Part shown: piece after piece, positions 1-13,674 of the stretch
How the letters are laid out: each line of letters begins with the position of its first letter
Numbering within the stretch: the stretch's first letter is position 1
DNA from: Oopsacas minuta
Taxonomy: Eukaryota > Animalia > Porifera
DNA: 64,000 nt
Assembly (NCBI GenBank): GCA_024704765.1
Contig: JAKMXF010000304.1
Span: forward strand, 409,773 to 473,772
Direction of reading: 5' to 3'
Program-made: the position numbers and the translations under genes
The notes under the pieces: model-generated
The model's database searches: none
Told to the model about the DNA's origin: nothing
The model's input: the letters and a program-made list of their open reading frames with translations, nothing else

Positions 1-1868
1 GTAATCGTTTTTGAAAAAAGTGCCATTTTGCTCCGAATGAATGTATGGTCAATTAATTCGATATGAGCGGGACCCACTCTGGATCTTGCCCATTTCGGGA
101 AACTGTCCCCCATCGCCGTCTCATCCAACACTGCAATAAAATTCTATCTACCCTTCTTATTTGAAGAACCCTAATCACCCTAATTTTTCCGTCTTTAATG
201 TAGTCACTGGACCATATTTGGGGATATTTTTCGCCCTTGTTACTCTAGAATGCCTCACTTCTACTCGATATTCTAACTAGCATTCCCGCTTTGTGTTACG
301 CATCGTATTGAATAATTATCTAAACTTCTGCTAACTCTAGTTCTAATCTTGAAAAAGTGAACAGTAAGCTCTAATTTTGTAAGCTCACAATGTATTGTTG
401 TTCGGTTGGGAGAGCCTTTTAATACGACTGGGGAAACCCCCTCTACAGATCAGGGGGGGGGGTTAGCCTAGAACACGCCTGAATCCGAACGAATCTAGTA
501 CTTAGATTCTCAAACAATATCTTAATTTAAAAGTTTATTGTTATGTAATTTAGTATGATATTATGAACTTTTGATATAGTTATATAGCTATACAGTATAC
601 TTACTCCCTCAAACTTATCTATAACGGCAGCAAAAGGAACTGGCTAAATATGGCCTGTTCCTTGTATACTTTTGTAAAATCTAACCCGAGGAGATCGCAT
701 GTCCTACCTTTCCTAGATTATTTTGAATTCGAATTTTGCAATTTCAATTTTTCATCTAAATACCGTTCATATTTTAATTTACTTACAAATATTTATGTCT
801 AATTTTATTGACATCATTGAACCAATTGTTCACGACACTTAAATCATGCCCTCTTAATTATCTATTTTCCAAGCTGTAATTCATAGTAGTATTAAGCTTT
901 GGAGAATTTTTGCGTTTGCATTTATCTATCCTCTTGACTATTATCTGACACTGACTTCACTGTTCATTACCTGATTTCAGTTCCCTGTACACATAGTAAA
1001 TTGAGATGTTGGAAACTTAAAAATCATTCTATTTGTATGATATATATAATATACCGTATTTCATCATACTATATTGAGGAAATGGAACTTTTGACACATT
1101 CGTCATTTATTTTACCATCGCGCCATCACCTAGTATTTTCTGTTGGATATAATTCATATCAACTTTAAGTAAGTCTTTATAGCGATGTATTACTTTAAGA
1201 TACCTTATTTACTTGTGTATAGTGAAAGACTATTGTCTAAATCATGGAAGCTCAATGCTATTCTATCCCCTTCTTTCAGATAAAGTAGGTTGGAGACTCT
1301 CTTGAAAGTTTGGGCCTAGTTTGAGTAGGGTAGAACTTTCACAAATTGTCACTTTTTTGGGCGCCATAAATTATGACGGGGCTGAAATTTCACTTCTACC
1401 TTTAGCAGCAGGTAATTTACAAAGGGTAGAATCCTAGACTACATGAGATTAAGGTGTGAAATTCTTGTGCGCCTTAGGATTTTGTGAAAGTAGGGACAAA
1501 TTTGGTAGGCCAGTTTTCCCCACCGGAAGGCCAAGTTTTCCACATTTCACACCTAATTTACTCGTAAACCACCCTAATCCCTTTCCCTATTCTAGCTGCA
1601 TAAAAAATTTCAACCCTTAATGTCATCTAATCCATGATATTTAGTGAGCCTTCCACACTAAAAGATTTCTAAGAATTTGATTAAATATATTCCAATAGGG
1701 AAATTTTCTTATATAACTAAACTTCCAAAAGGTGAACATCCTGCGAACCAGCAAAGGTTTTCATTTTTGAGAGGTGTCCACTTTTCATGATTTATCATAA
1801 AGTGTGTTTATTGACAAACAGTAGTAGTAAAATCATAGATATAATTCCCTCTCTGTTGTCTCACAATC

Positions 1869-2273
1869 TCAGGACAATAGAAGGAAAATGATCTGATGGC
1901 GATAAGTGAAACTATCCAGCCATCCGTTGGACCCTTTAAACTCTGTATTTCCAAGAGACTTCGCGATTTCTAGTTCCTTTGCTTGGATGACGGGACCACT
2001 GATCGGAATGTTCCTAGCTCTAGCCCCTTGAAACCACGTGAATATTTTTCTATTAATGTCCTCAAACTTGCAGTTGGGTCTCATCTGCTTGGTTTTTGGA
2101 TTTAGTTCATGGGCATCTGCAATGTCGCGTATCCTCTTGAGATTCTTATTGACTGCACGCACTGATATCTAGTACTTTTCAGCTAGTTTTCGCTTAGACA
2201 GACCACTGCCTGAATCTTTGATCAAAGCGTGTCTCTGTTCTCGTGTGGGCTGTGATTTACATTTAGAAGACAT
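1869..2273 (-). pseudogene. pogo/Tigger-type transposase relic (CENP-B-like HTH domains)
   Basis: MSSKCKSQPTREQRHALIKDSGSGLSKRKLAEKY*ISVRAV...IFTWFQGARARNIPISGPVIQAKELEIAKSLGNTEFKGSNGWLDSF. One in-frame stop; no DDE domain seen. Confidence 0.8.
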
Positions 2274-2424
2274 TTTTGGTATTTTTGGCCGGAACCATTT
2301 TAATTGACAATGACAACAGATTTCTGAAAATGTTATTTATAGGACCTCCATGTTTCCCCATTGGTGAAAGCATTGTACATGCAAATATGTTGTCTCTTTT
2401 GCCTATTGTATCAGGAAGCTTCTA

Positions 2425-3725
2425 CAGGATCTTAAGAAATTGATGTCCCTTTATCACCCCCGCTATTCTCTAGTTTAATCTAAATAGATATGGTATTACT
2501 TTCTTATATAATCTCCACGCAGTTTTAGACATTTTCTAAGTCGACCAGGCATCCCAGCTATGAGTCTTTCTAGTGTCTTCGGTGAGATTTCCTTCCAGGC
2601 CAATTTTACCTGTTTTTCTAAAACTTTAGGTTGGTTGCGCGCTCCATTGCATCCAGCTTGGTTTGCAAAATAGCCCAGAGGTTTTCGATAGGGTTTAAGT
2701 CTGGTGAGTTCGGAGGCCATATTTCATTTGTCTAAAAACCTACCATATTGTTTTTCAACCACTTTTGGCTTCTTTTGGAAGTATGTACCGGGGCTCCATC
2801 ATGTTGAAAAACTGCTTGGGACCTATCTGGCAACAATTTTCTCTCTAGGATCGTCCCTGAATCTCTCGTTCGAAGTAAGCTGGATGTTAGAGACTGTTTC
2901 AATATGACTTCCACTTAATATTCTGATGTCACAGTTGTCTTTGGGGGATTATATCACACCCCATACCATGATTTTCCAGGATATTTAACTTTTTCAGTGG
3001 GAGGGATATCAGCCCTGGATTTCGCCCATACACGGTCGTTTTGCTTATTCGGAGTGTGGAATAGCTCAAAAGAGGACTCATCTGAGAATAAGACTCTTTT
3101 CCATGTGTTAATTGACCAATCCTTCCTTTCGTTGCAGAATTTTAGTCGAGCTGTCCTCTGTTTTTCTGTCAATTTTGGTTGAACCTGTGGTTTGTACGGT
3201 CGAACCTTGGGATTTTACGTATGTACGAGTGAACTGTCACATGAGAGATAGAAAACCCCTTAGATTGGAGATTCTTGGAGATATGTTGTGTAGACTTCAT
3301 CTTTTTACCGATTGTCTTAGCAATTACCACTCTAGGTACCATAGTGACTGACGTTTTCCTTCCACAGCCCTTCCTGTTCTGTAGAGACTCACCGGCCTTG
3401 AACCTCAGTAACCAGCGTCGAATGGTACGGATAGATACACCTACAATTTTAGCAACCTGATGAATTAACATATCCGCTTCTATCGAAGAAACTGCACGTG
3501 TACGGGTTTTTGGAGTCGCTTCTTTAACCATATCAATTTCTAGTATATTATAGATAGGAATATTTGAAAAATAGCGTATTTTGAGTAGAAAGAATTTAGA
3601 AATTAACTGAAATCTAATAATTAAAAGCAATTATGAGTATGATTATAGAGTTAAAACGTGGTTCATCAAGTGGAATTGTGGTTCTATTTCATTTCCCCAA
3701 GGGGACATCAATTTCTTAACCCTTG
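2425..3725 (-). mobile_element. Tc1-like element with degenerate DD37E transposase (CDS ~2496-3531)
   Basis: TIRs caggatcttaagaaattgatgtccc / gggacatcaatttcttaacccttg; left TA target. Motifs VLFSDESSF, FQHDGAPVH, WPPNSPDLNPIENLW; 37 codons between the second D and E. Confidence 0.85.
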
Positions 3726-4350
3726 TCATATATTGTGAAGCCACATTATCAAACATCCCTGCTTTCACAACTAGTGTGATATCAAAGCTGACTGAATAGT
3801 CAAAAATCTGGCAGAAAAACTGATGTTCATTTTTAACATAGTTTGAAAAGCAGCCCTTTTCATTCCAAACAGCTCTTGCGAAACCACATGATGAGAAATC
3901 ATATTTTAGATGATTGTAATGCATATTTCGGTACCATATTCAAATAGTAATAAATAGATTTCTATGCTCTATCATATGTATTTCTCGAGATATGTTGTAA
4001 AACATCAGTTCATGTCGGCCTTATTGTATTGAAGCCTAGCCGGAAAAAATACATCCGTATATTAAGGAAGTCATGCATGCAGATTCAGAAAAATTGGCCT
4101 GGGATATGTACCTAGGTTGACTAATAAACAGAGTGACTGTATATTTCAATAATTATGCGTTTTGGCTCGAAAATAAGTTTGGCATATTAGTAGAAGAGAA
4201 ATTATCAAAGATAATATGTTAAATTGTGCTCGATTTGTTTGGTGAAACTTCACATAATTCTTACTGTCTAGTCTTGCCGGGTCTTGCGTCAACCCGATTT
4301 TCTGGAGCATGTAGGCGGAGCCGTCGATAGCCACAACGGGCCCGGGTTAA

Positions 4351-4632
4351 CCCCCTATATAGCCGTTTAGAACAAGCCAGTAAGTATATTTTGAGATTTG
4401 GATAATTTGTTACATTCTATTCATATGACAACAATAAATTTACGTATGATTAATCCAAAAGTGTGAAAATCGGTTTCAGCATGTTCGATATATTTAATGA
4501 AGTTTTATTGAACTCTATTTACTTCCCTGATAAACATTATAAATACATGGTTGTGCGACAATTTCAAAAGTTGCATAGCGTAAATCCCTTGCTGGACAAC
4601 GGATAAACAAAATTGAGATTATTAATATAGAT
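4351..4632. repeat. Dispersed repeat family A, copy 1 (copy 2 at ~43731-43985); possibly Helentron/HINE-like
   Basis: About 250 bp at roughly 75-80% identity to 43731-43985 (shared gtgtgaaaatcgg.ttcagcatgttcgatata). Ends attattaatatagat. Family assignment tentative. Confidence 0.6.
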
Positions 4633-5252
4633 ACGTCTTGAATTATTCATTATTTATCAGTTCGAGTCAAGAGGCCATCCAAACTCTAATTACTCCAAAT
4701 ATGTTTGGAGAATAATAAATATCGACGACTGCGATACGAGTGGATTTATCTCGGCTATGGTTCTCCCAGCCTGTTAAAATATAGTTAGTCTAAGATAACA
4801 AGTATAATTTGCACTACCTATATGTTTTGGTTAGCGTAAAATGTAAAATGGTAGATGGAGAAGAATTTTAAATCTGATTCTTTGGAGGCTATGTTTGAGT
4901 AACTCTAACATATCTTGCCGGGTGGACGTACTTTCACCTCTTCGTGGTTTCCCGGATCTACTAGATAATATTGTTAAGCGGATGTTGACTGTGCGTACAT
5001 AATTTTCAGTCGCTAAGTTTCTCATAAATGTTTTAGAAGTTGAACGGAATGTGTCATAAAATGCACAGTAAACCATGCCTTCTAAGTCAGCTTTTTTTCA
5101 AAAAGGGAAGAATATGAATTGGTTTCAGCATCTAGTAGAGTTTATGGACGAATAACAAATCAAGTAAAAATTGACAAGTACCTATTGTGAAAATTTATGT
5201 GGGAGTTGAATTGTGGCACATATGTACATTTAGCGTGAAACATCATTAATAA

Positions 5253-8200
5253 CACAGGTCAACAAGGTGATTCATCACAGATCTTATATAATTTTTCTAA
5301 CGTGATTTTTGTCCTGATTCAAATCTGCTCTCCGTCTTTATCTATAAGAGACAGCCACGTGTAGTTTTTTTATAAGATCCAACTTTATTATTCCATTATT
5401 TTCAATAATAAGAATTCTAAATATTCTAAAATTTTACAATAGCAAAGTAGCACAATTTATATATTAATGCAACATATCTCAATTTACTACTCTATTTTTT
5501 CTCTTTATCGAATCAACCAATTCTCATTATGCATCGCAGATGTATCAATACACCAGACAGTTTTTGCTCTGTTTGTGGCTCCATTTGTTTAAAATCACAA
5601 CGACGTACCATACATAACAAATTACCTCAAGAGAATAAATAGCCAGTATTTTGATTGTCCTTTAGATGATCAAGATAATATGTGGGCGCCTCATATAATT
5701 TGTTCTGCTTGTTCTAGTGGCTTACGTGATTGGGTGAACAAAAGAGAAACTTCAATGCCTTTGCAATGCCAATGGTTTGTAGGGAACCAAAGAACTACTG
5801 CGATTATTGTTATTTTTGCATCGTAAATACCACTGGGTTTTCGATGAAAAATAAACATAAATAATTTACCCAGATTTGGAATCTGCCCGCAGACCAGGTT
5901 CTCACGATGTCTCCTTTCCTGTCCCCACTCCTACGTTATATGGACTTGATTCTCTTTCTGATGATGTAGATCAGGCTTGTCCAACCTTTTTTGTTCGCGG
6001 GCCAAATGAGGGCTTCTTTAACTACTTGAGGGGCCACACGACATTGGATATATCAAGGTAGCATGATGTTATTTATTTGGGGATGGCGTTAATACGGATT
6101 ATTTCAGAATTGAAAAATCCCTACATGTATTATTAAATTATAGTAACTTTAATGATAAAGAACATATCTAATGGGATATCTGACTTTGTTTTTGTTTACA
6201 GCAAGAGTCAATGTCTGCTCGTACACTTGATGTCGCAATCCGTAATATTCCTGATAGATGAGTGTCTGTCAGGAGTGATCTAGACTTGTTTTTAACATTT
6301 TTCATCATTGAGAAATGCTGTTCACAGCAATACGTGCGGCCAAATAAGGAAAGGAACCGAAGGGCGTGTTGCGATAAATTAGGAAATAGATCCGATGTAA
6401 CATATTGACCATAAAATGTCAGAAGGTCATGCTCTGCAAAGCTCTCTTTCTCTCCGAGTTATTTTGTATTTCAATTAGTTCAAGTTAGAACATTTCAGGA
6501 GCATTAGTGGCATCAGTTCCAAACGGATCTGCAAACAACTCCATTTCATCGAATTTGTCACTAAAATCAGAAAATCTTAGTTTAAATTCAGCGATTAAGC
6601 TGTTGATCAGTGCAGAATACTTGTCATGGTTCACTGTCTCACTTTTTCTTGAAGATAATGTTGAGATATGTACCACCTTTTTCAAAATAAATTGTTGGTG
6701 GAATAATTGTAATTTGTTGATGAACGCTTTGACATGCTCATGCAGGTTGTTAACGAATTGTTTTCTTCCTTGTGGTTTCAGATTTAAATCTGCGAGATAC
6801 TTAGTTATGTCAACTAGAAATGCGAGATCATTCAAACACTGATCATCATCCAGAAAGCTCACATCTTTTCCCTTAATGGTCATGAATGTTTTTATTTCTT
6901 CAAGTAGTGACCAGTATCTGGCTAGAGTAGACGCTCTGCTGAGCCAGCGAACTTGGCTAAAGTAAATAAAATCGTTATAGTCTGATCCTACCTCTGCAAG
7001 AAATGCTTGGAATTGTCTGTGATTGAGTCCCTTCGACCTTATGAAATTGACTATATTGACGACATTTTCCATCACATGTTTCATATCTTAGGTTTTTGCA
7101 CAAAGCTGTTCTTGATGAATAATGCAGTGGTATGCTATAACAGGGGAGGTCATTGATTTGAGCATAAGGCTAACAAAACCTTTATGCTTTCCTGTCATTG
7201 CAGGGGTTCCATCGGTTGTTAAATCACTTAGTTTTCATCTGCAAGTTTGAATTTCGTAAACACATGTTTTACTACATTGAAAATATCTTGCCCAGTAGCT
7301 GTGTCTTTCATTGGAAATAAGTCGAGCAGTTCCTCGATTATTTCGAAATTTTCTGTGACGCCACGTACAAAGATTGCCAGTTGAGCTGTGTCGCTTACAT
7401 CAGTACTTTCGTCAAGGGCCAAGCTGTAAAATTTGCAAGCATTGAGTCGTTTAATTAATGAAATTTCAATGTTGGATGATAGATCATCTACTCTTCTAGC
7501 AACAGTTTGATGTGACAGACTGATGCTCTCTACTATCGACTTCTTATCTGGGCATGCCACAGATGGAAATATGTCTAAGCAGTCTTTTACAAATTCCCCT
7601 TCAGACAATGGCTTTCCACTCTTGGCTATCGCTTCTGTTATCAGAAAGCTGATCTTTGTTGCTGTCTCAGAACTTAATTTAACGGCTTTGAAGAAAGATT
7701 GTTGACTGTTGATGCTATCCTTCAACAGGTTCACCCGATCGATTCTCACCTGACCTGTAAGCGTGTCAAATGTATCTGCATGTTTAGTAGAGTAATGTCG
7801 TTTGATATTATACTCTTTGAATACAGCTATCTTCTCCTGACATATCAAGCACAATAAGTATTCGTTGTGTTCTACGACGAAAAAATCTAATGTCCATGAG
7901 GATTTGAAAATTCGACATTCACTATCAATTTTCCTTTTCTTTGCTTTAATCACGGGAGTTGACATATTTGTTTTGTAGTTATTTAAATATTGTTTAAGAT
8001 AGTTTATTATTTGGAATTTATATGAGCAGTTCCAGTTGAGAGAAACCCAGTTATGTGACAGATAATTGCTCAATCAGAACTAAATTAAAAGTTATTTAAA
8101 GATTTTTAAGTTATTGAAATCACACTTTTCTGGAATTGGTTTGATTCAATTTGGTTTCGCAATATTGGGTTTCTCTTAATTGAGTTCGCTCAAATAGGCC

Positions 8201-9777
8201 TCACTCAATTAAATATCGCCATCAACTGGTAACAGTTCCCGAACATGTTGGCGGGCCGGATTGTGACCCGCGGGCCGTAGGTTGGGCAAGCCTGATATGA
8301 TGTAGATACTTTGTCATATTCAATGGTCGAATCTTCTATTGGTTCAGAATACGTCCCTGTAAATAGTAATTTAGCGCCCCAAACCTTCACACAAGGTGAA
8401 TTGAATGACCTTGTCAGGATCTTGATCTGTTGAAGGAAAAGGCAGAACTTCTTGCATCAAGGCTTCAACAAAACATTTATTCAATAGGAATGTTATAGTG
8501 CCCCACTATCGTAAGCGAAATTTGATTTGGCTCATTATTTTATAGTTGATGGTCGTCTCTGTTATTCTAATGATATTTGACGTGCTGTTTTGTAGTTTGT
8601 CACAGGAACTTTCATCTTTTGATTGGCGCCTAAATATTGATTCATCGAAACGGCGTTTGAAAGCCGTTTTATTGCATTACGGAAATAACAATCCTGCAAT
8701 TCCAATTGCTCACTCTATACATCTTAAAGAGTCCAATAATATTATTGCTTTCTTTGTTTATGGAACAGTCGTGCAACAATAGATCATTACCAAAAGCGTG
8801 ATTGGCCCAAGAGCACAAATTATGAAGGAGGAACATCCAATATTGACTATACACCATTAGATCCTAATAATATCTTTTTTCCACCGCTTCATATAAAACT
8901 CGGTTTGATGAAAACTTTCGTCAAAACAATGGGTAAACAAATTCTACAGGGTTTCGCTTTATTGTTGAGAAATTTCCCAAACTAAGTGATGCTAAGCTTA
9001 AAGAGGGTGTATTTATTGGACCACAAATTAGGGAAGTTCTCAAGGATGAAGAGTTGACAATATACTTTCCGCTAAGGAATTCACAGCTTGGTAATCTTTC
9101 AAATGGGTTTGTGAAAACTTTTAGGAAATATGAAGTCAATAGAGTATATAGAGGGAGTAAAACTTAATTCAATCATATGAAAACATGGGATGTCGTATGT
9201 CATTGAAAGTACACTTTTTGGAATCCCATATTGATTTTTCCAAAAAATCTTGGTGCTGCAAACGATTAACAGGGTGAAAAATTTCACCAGGACATTCTCA
9301 GATTGGAAAATCGATTTTAAAGTTTCTGGAATAACAGTATGATGGCGGACTATTGCTGGGTGTTATACAGTGATGAATTCAATAGAGTTTACTTAAGAAT
9401 TTCCTACTCTCAACGTTTTGACGTCTTAAATATTTTCCCTTTGTTTATTCAACTTACATATCTCCCAAATGTGAAAAATTTTCATTTTCCTCCTGCAAGA
9501 TAGTTAGATTCTAATTTGATGCTTAATTAATTATTGAATTATTCACATGTGACTCTAATAACAAGTGACATTAGTTAGCTGAACAACTTTTAGCATTAAT
9601 TTAGAATCATAAAATATGTAATATTTCGCAATTGAATTCAAAATTTCATGCTAGATTATACAAAATGTATGGGTGTTAGAGAGGAAGGAATGACAGATTT
9701 GAAATCAACACAAGATGTAGTCAAGAAAAATGCCCATTTTCGCTTCATGAGAAAATATGAAAATTTGTTGACCTGTG
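5253..9777 (+). mobile_element. Chapaev3-like (CMC) DNA transposon, degenerate transposase ~5529-9420, split by a hAT
   Basis: Perfect 13-bp TIR CACAGGTCAACAA / TTGTTGACCTGTG; flanks taa/tga. Motifs MHRRCINTPDSFCSVCG, DQDNMWAPHIICSAC, FTQGELNDLVR, WRLNIDSSKRRLKAVLLH, PPLHIKLGLMK, MSLKVHFLESH, MMADYCW. Confidence 0.8.
5970..8296 (-). mobile_element. hAT (Buster/SPIN, GTF2IRD2-like) element nested in the Chapaev3; broken transposase ~6168-7965
   Basis: TIR (at)caggcttgtccaacct / aggttgggcaagcctg(at). Motifs KKRKIDSECRIF, CLICQEKIAVFKEYNIKRHY, SLALDESTD, VRWLSR, TYCCEQHFSMMK (dimerisation domain). Confidence 0.9.
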
Positions 9778-10951
9778 TGATCAAATACAACCATATTTAG
9801 TGGATATTTTTTTGTCTGACCAAAAATTTCTAATCAAAATCCGATACATGTGGTTAATTAATAAGTTGATTTGGCATTTTGAACCATGGATTATATCCAT
9901 AACATATATTTGCTGTTATTTAATAGAAATGTCTAATACAGTAATAGTAAATTAGCTCTGTATATAAATGTTCATTAAATTGGAAGACAATACCTAGAGG
10001 CAAACAATAACTACGCATTCCTAAAAGTATGATTTCTGGAAGAATTTTTATATATGCTACATTCCCAGTCCTTAATTGTAGAAAAGATGATTGGCAATTT
10101 GAATGGAAAAATTTAATAGACATATTTTCAACAATTTCCCCGATCTGTAATTAATAATAGGAATGTAACGATTACATAATTTAATCTAAAATGCGAATAA
10201 CTCAATATGAGGAACTGATGTTGAGTTATTCGCATCAGCGCAGCTGTTACAAATAGATATTTGTGTTTCTACTTCAGATATGGGAAATATTGGAAGGTAT
10301 TTTCTGGGAGTTCTCAAAGATTGATCAATACGCTAGCATCATTACCTATTTGCTCTTTTGGATCCATATATATATACATCATAAGGATGTTCATTATGAG
10401 CCAATTTTATGGGTATATTTGGCTATTTTTAAATATGTATACTTCTTAATAATTGAATTAATCCATTAGCACATGTCGTCATGATTAGCTGGTGTCTGCT
10501 GTCAATTACCCAATTTCCTTGCACAATTAGGTTCGGGAATTTACTGCAACATAAACATTAATAGTACACAAGTGAAACAAAATATTTCGGATCTTTACCG
10601 AAAATTGTAATTGATTAAACACACTATAACTTGGATAAGACAGACCCCTCAGGGAAACAAAATTAGTACGTACTAACCGAAATACGTCTTATCCGAATAT
10701 TTTTCCTATACAATTAGTACAAGAATCGAGAATCTGCTCAGGAGTAAAGTACGTACTATCCAGTTCTACTGTAGTAGAAATTTTTTATTTGTTAAACCAG
10801 TTGATGTATAAAGTTAATAAGTGATGTGTAATAAAACAGGAAGTATTCTAGAATGATGAACCAGTCATATATTTTTAAACTACACCTTAGGAGCCATAAA
10901 TTGTAATTATTCCTGAATGTTATTATTATTATTTAAGGAATCTTATACAAG

Positions 10952-13674
10952 CGTGGTGTCGTGCTCTATGGGCCCCCTCAAATTCCATGAGCCGCTTCCA
11001 GATAATTTATTTCTCCCAATCGACTAATGGTTTTTGCTTTTGGTCTTGATGCATACTACTGATAGTTACATCATGTACATAGGCCAATCCTTAATTTTTT
11101 GTTTTATATATCAATTTAGAACATTATTTGATTCTTTTTTCCTAACTTTCGTATATAGTTATTATCTTTTGTTCGTCAATGAATTTGGATAAATATTTTC
11201 ACCCTTTGTCACCATGTTCTCCTCCAATTATCCAATCAAGTGATACTCCTACAGATGCAATTGTCACTAATAGTTCTATAGAATCTGAGACTTCGTTTAT
11301 GAATTACTCGTTGTTGAACGATGCTATGGGACAAGAATTTGTAATTCCAGTAGACGGATTACTTCCTGCTAAATACATCAAATATGAACCTATACCACTG
11401 AAACTACCAAATAACTCATACCCTCAAACATTATTTCATGGGAAAATGAGGGCTTTTCAGGAAAATTGGTATATTTCAAGACCCTGGTTAGAGTATAATA
11501 AGTATAATGATTTGGCTTTGTGCTTTCCCTGTCGTGTTTCGGTTCTGCATTAAATAAATATGATAAAAAATACAGGATTCGATAAACATTCAGAAAGTGA
11601 AAATAGTTCCATGTGCATGGAAAAATGAACTAGATATTGACATGAAACTCCGGTAGATGTCCTCATCAGCGAAGATATGAAGAAAGCATTATCTCTTGCG
11701 AATAAAGAAATGCAATCAAGAAAAGATATTGTTTATCTCCTGATTGATGTAGTTATTACATTAGCTCAATTGAACTTGCCTTTTCATGGTCATAATGAAG
11801 GAGAAGTGTCTACGAGTAAAGGTGTTTTCAAGGGAATTGTCGAACTTATTTCTCGTTATTACCCACCTTTAATGATTCATCTACAAAAGGGACAAGCAAA
11901 TCCAAAAGGTTATCCCAGTTATTTATCACCTACTTCTCAGAATGAAATGATTCAGTATAGTGTCGAAATCTTGAAGGAAGATATTATTGAAAATATTCAA
12001 ATGGCTCACTTTTTTTTAATTTGTTTAGATACTACTCCAGATATAGCTAAGTAAGATCAGTTATCCATTATAGTCAGATATGTCAATATAAATGGTGAAA
12101 TAATTGAATCTCTACTTGACTTGATTGATGTGGCGAATTGTACAGCTGTACGGTTAGTGACAACTATTGTTGATGTTTTCAGTAAGCACGGATTATTGAT
12201 CGTATCATTATGTGGTCAAGGTTATGATGGATGTGCAACAATGGCTGGTAGGTATAATGGAGTCTAAAATTTAATTAAAAGTAAAGAACTCTAAAGCATA
12301 GGTTGTAGATTGTTATGCGCATCGGTTAAACCTAGTTGTTGTTGATACTTGTAAACGCAATGTGATCACTAGAAATTTCTTTGGAATAATGCAAAAGCTG
12401 TACGCATTTATTGGGGGTAGCACAAAGAGACATGGGTTATCTAAAGATATCCAGATGAAGTGCTCTGCCAGTCAGGGTGAAGGGAAGAAAATAGGCACAC
12501 TTATATCACTAAGCGATACTAGATGGTCTTCCCGTGGAAAGGCATGCCAAGTTTTGCTTAAAATATTAGTGTTCTTCTAAAAGTTCTAGATTCTATTATA
12601 TACGATGGTAAATATGATTCTGGTATAGCGTCAGATGCTTTCTCTCTATCAAAATGTATAGATTTCCAATTTTTTGTCTATGTTTAGTTACCTTTACAGA
12701 TATCCTCAAATTGTGTGATATCATTTCAAAATATCTTCAAAATGAAGATCTTGACATATCATCAGCAAGTCTACATATTAAATCTTTGATTAGTACGTTA
12801 CAAGGTTATACAACTGAAGCATATTTTGATCAATTATATTTACAAGCTGAAAAAATTGCTGAGAATATTGGCGTCACATATAGTGAACCACGTCACAGGA
12901 AGGTGCCTACAAGGTTGGATGATAGTGAACACCATGTACCAATAGTGTTAACTAGAAAAGATCGTATGAAAGAGCAATTCTTTAATGATGTGATAGAGTT
13001 GATTAAAGAAGTGCTTCAGAGTAGATTCTCACATGAAACCATGCCTCTTCTCAAATCTATTGAATGCCTAAATTGTCCTAAAGCTGAAAATATACAGGAT
13101 TTAAGAGTACTATCAAGTTATTATATTGGCGACTTCGATGCATATTTAATAGAATATGAATACAAACTTCTTGCAAAATCAATTGAATTATCCAATATCG
13201 GGAAAATTGGAATTCATAAACTTTATCTTTATATGGTCAAGGAAGGGATAGCCAAATTATATCCCAATTTGAACATTCTATATAGATTGATTCTTACATT
13301 ACCAGTAACATCCTCCGCATGTGAACGTTCTTTTTCAACATTAAAGCTTATTAAGACTCGATTACGTAGCACAATGTGTGAAGACAGGTTAAGTAATTTA
13401 CTGTTATTGTCCGCTGAATCTATCAGGATGAAATCAATCCCTAAACACCTGAGAAGATTCACGAGAGATTTTGGAATACTCCCAGGAAATAGTGTATATG
13501 AGTACTGAGCATATGAACACTAATTTATAAATATAATAGTATTTACCATAGATTACTTGAAATATAGTTTGAGCCAAAGAGAGTTCGAGTACTTTTATTA
13601 TGATATTTATTCTCTTTTGGGATGTATTATTGACTCTGTGCCCCTCCAGAAATTTTCCAAGCACGAAGCCACTG
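10952..13674 (+). mobile_element. hAT element with ZMYM1-like transposase pseudogene (11179-13508)
   Basis: Termini cgtggtgtcgtgct / agcacgaagccactg; 8-bp TSD tatacaag/tgtacaag (7/8). Motifs FQENWYISRPWLEY, LPFHGHNE, SPTSQNEMI, DTTPD, DTRWSSR, LPVTSSACERSFSTLKLIKTRLRSTM. Several stops and frameshifts. Confidence 0.88.

Noticed and set aside
3643-3924. 93-aa ORF as a host exon
   Set aside because: Its last third lies inside the Tc1 terminal repeat, so it crosses a TE boundary; no family recognised.
4831-5076. 81-aa ORF as a host exon
   Set aside because: In-frame stop just upstream, weak acceptor and no recognisable motif.
10263-10469. FWEF...YAS resemblance to the KIF14 motor N-terminus
   Set aside because: The spacing is off by one and the flanking residues do not match; judged coincidental.
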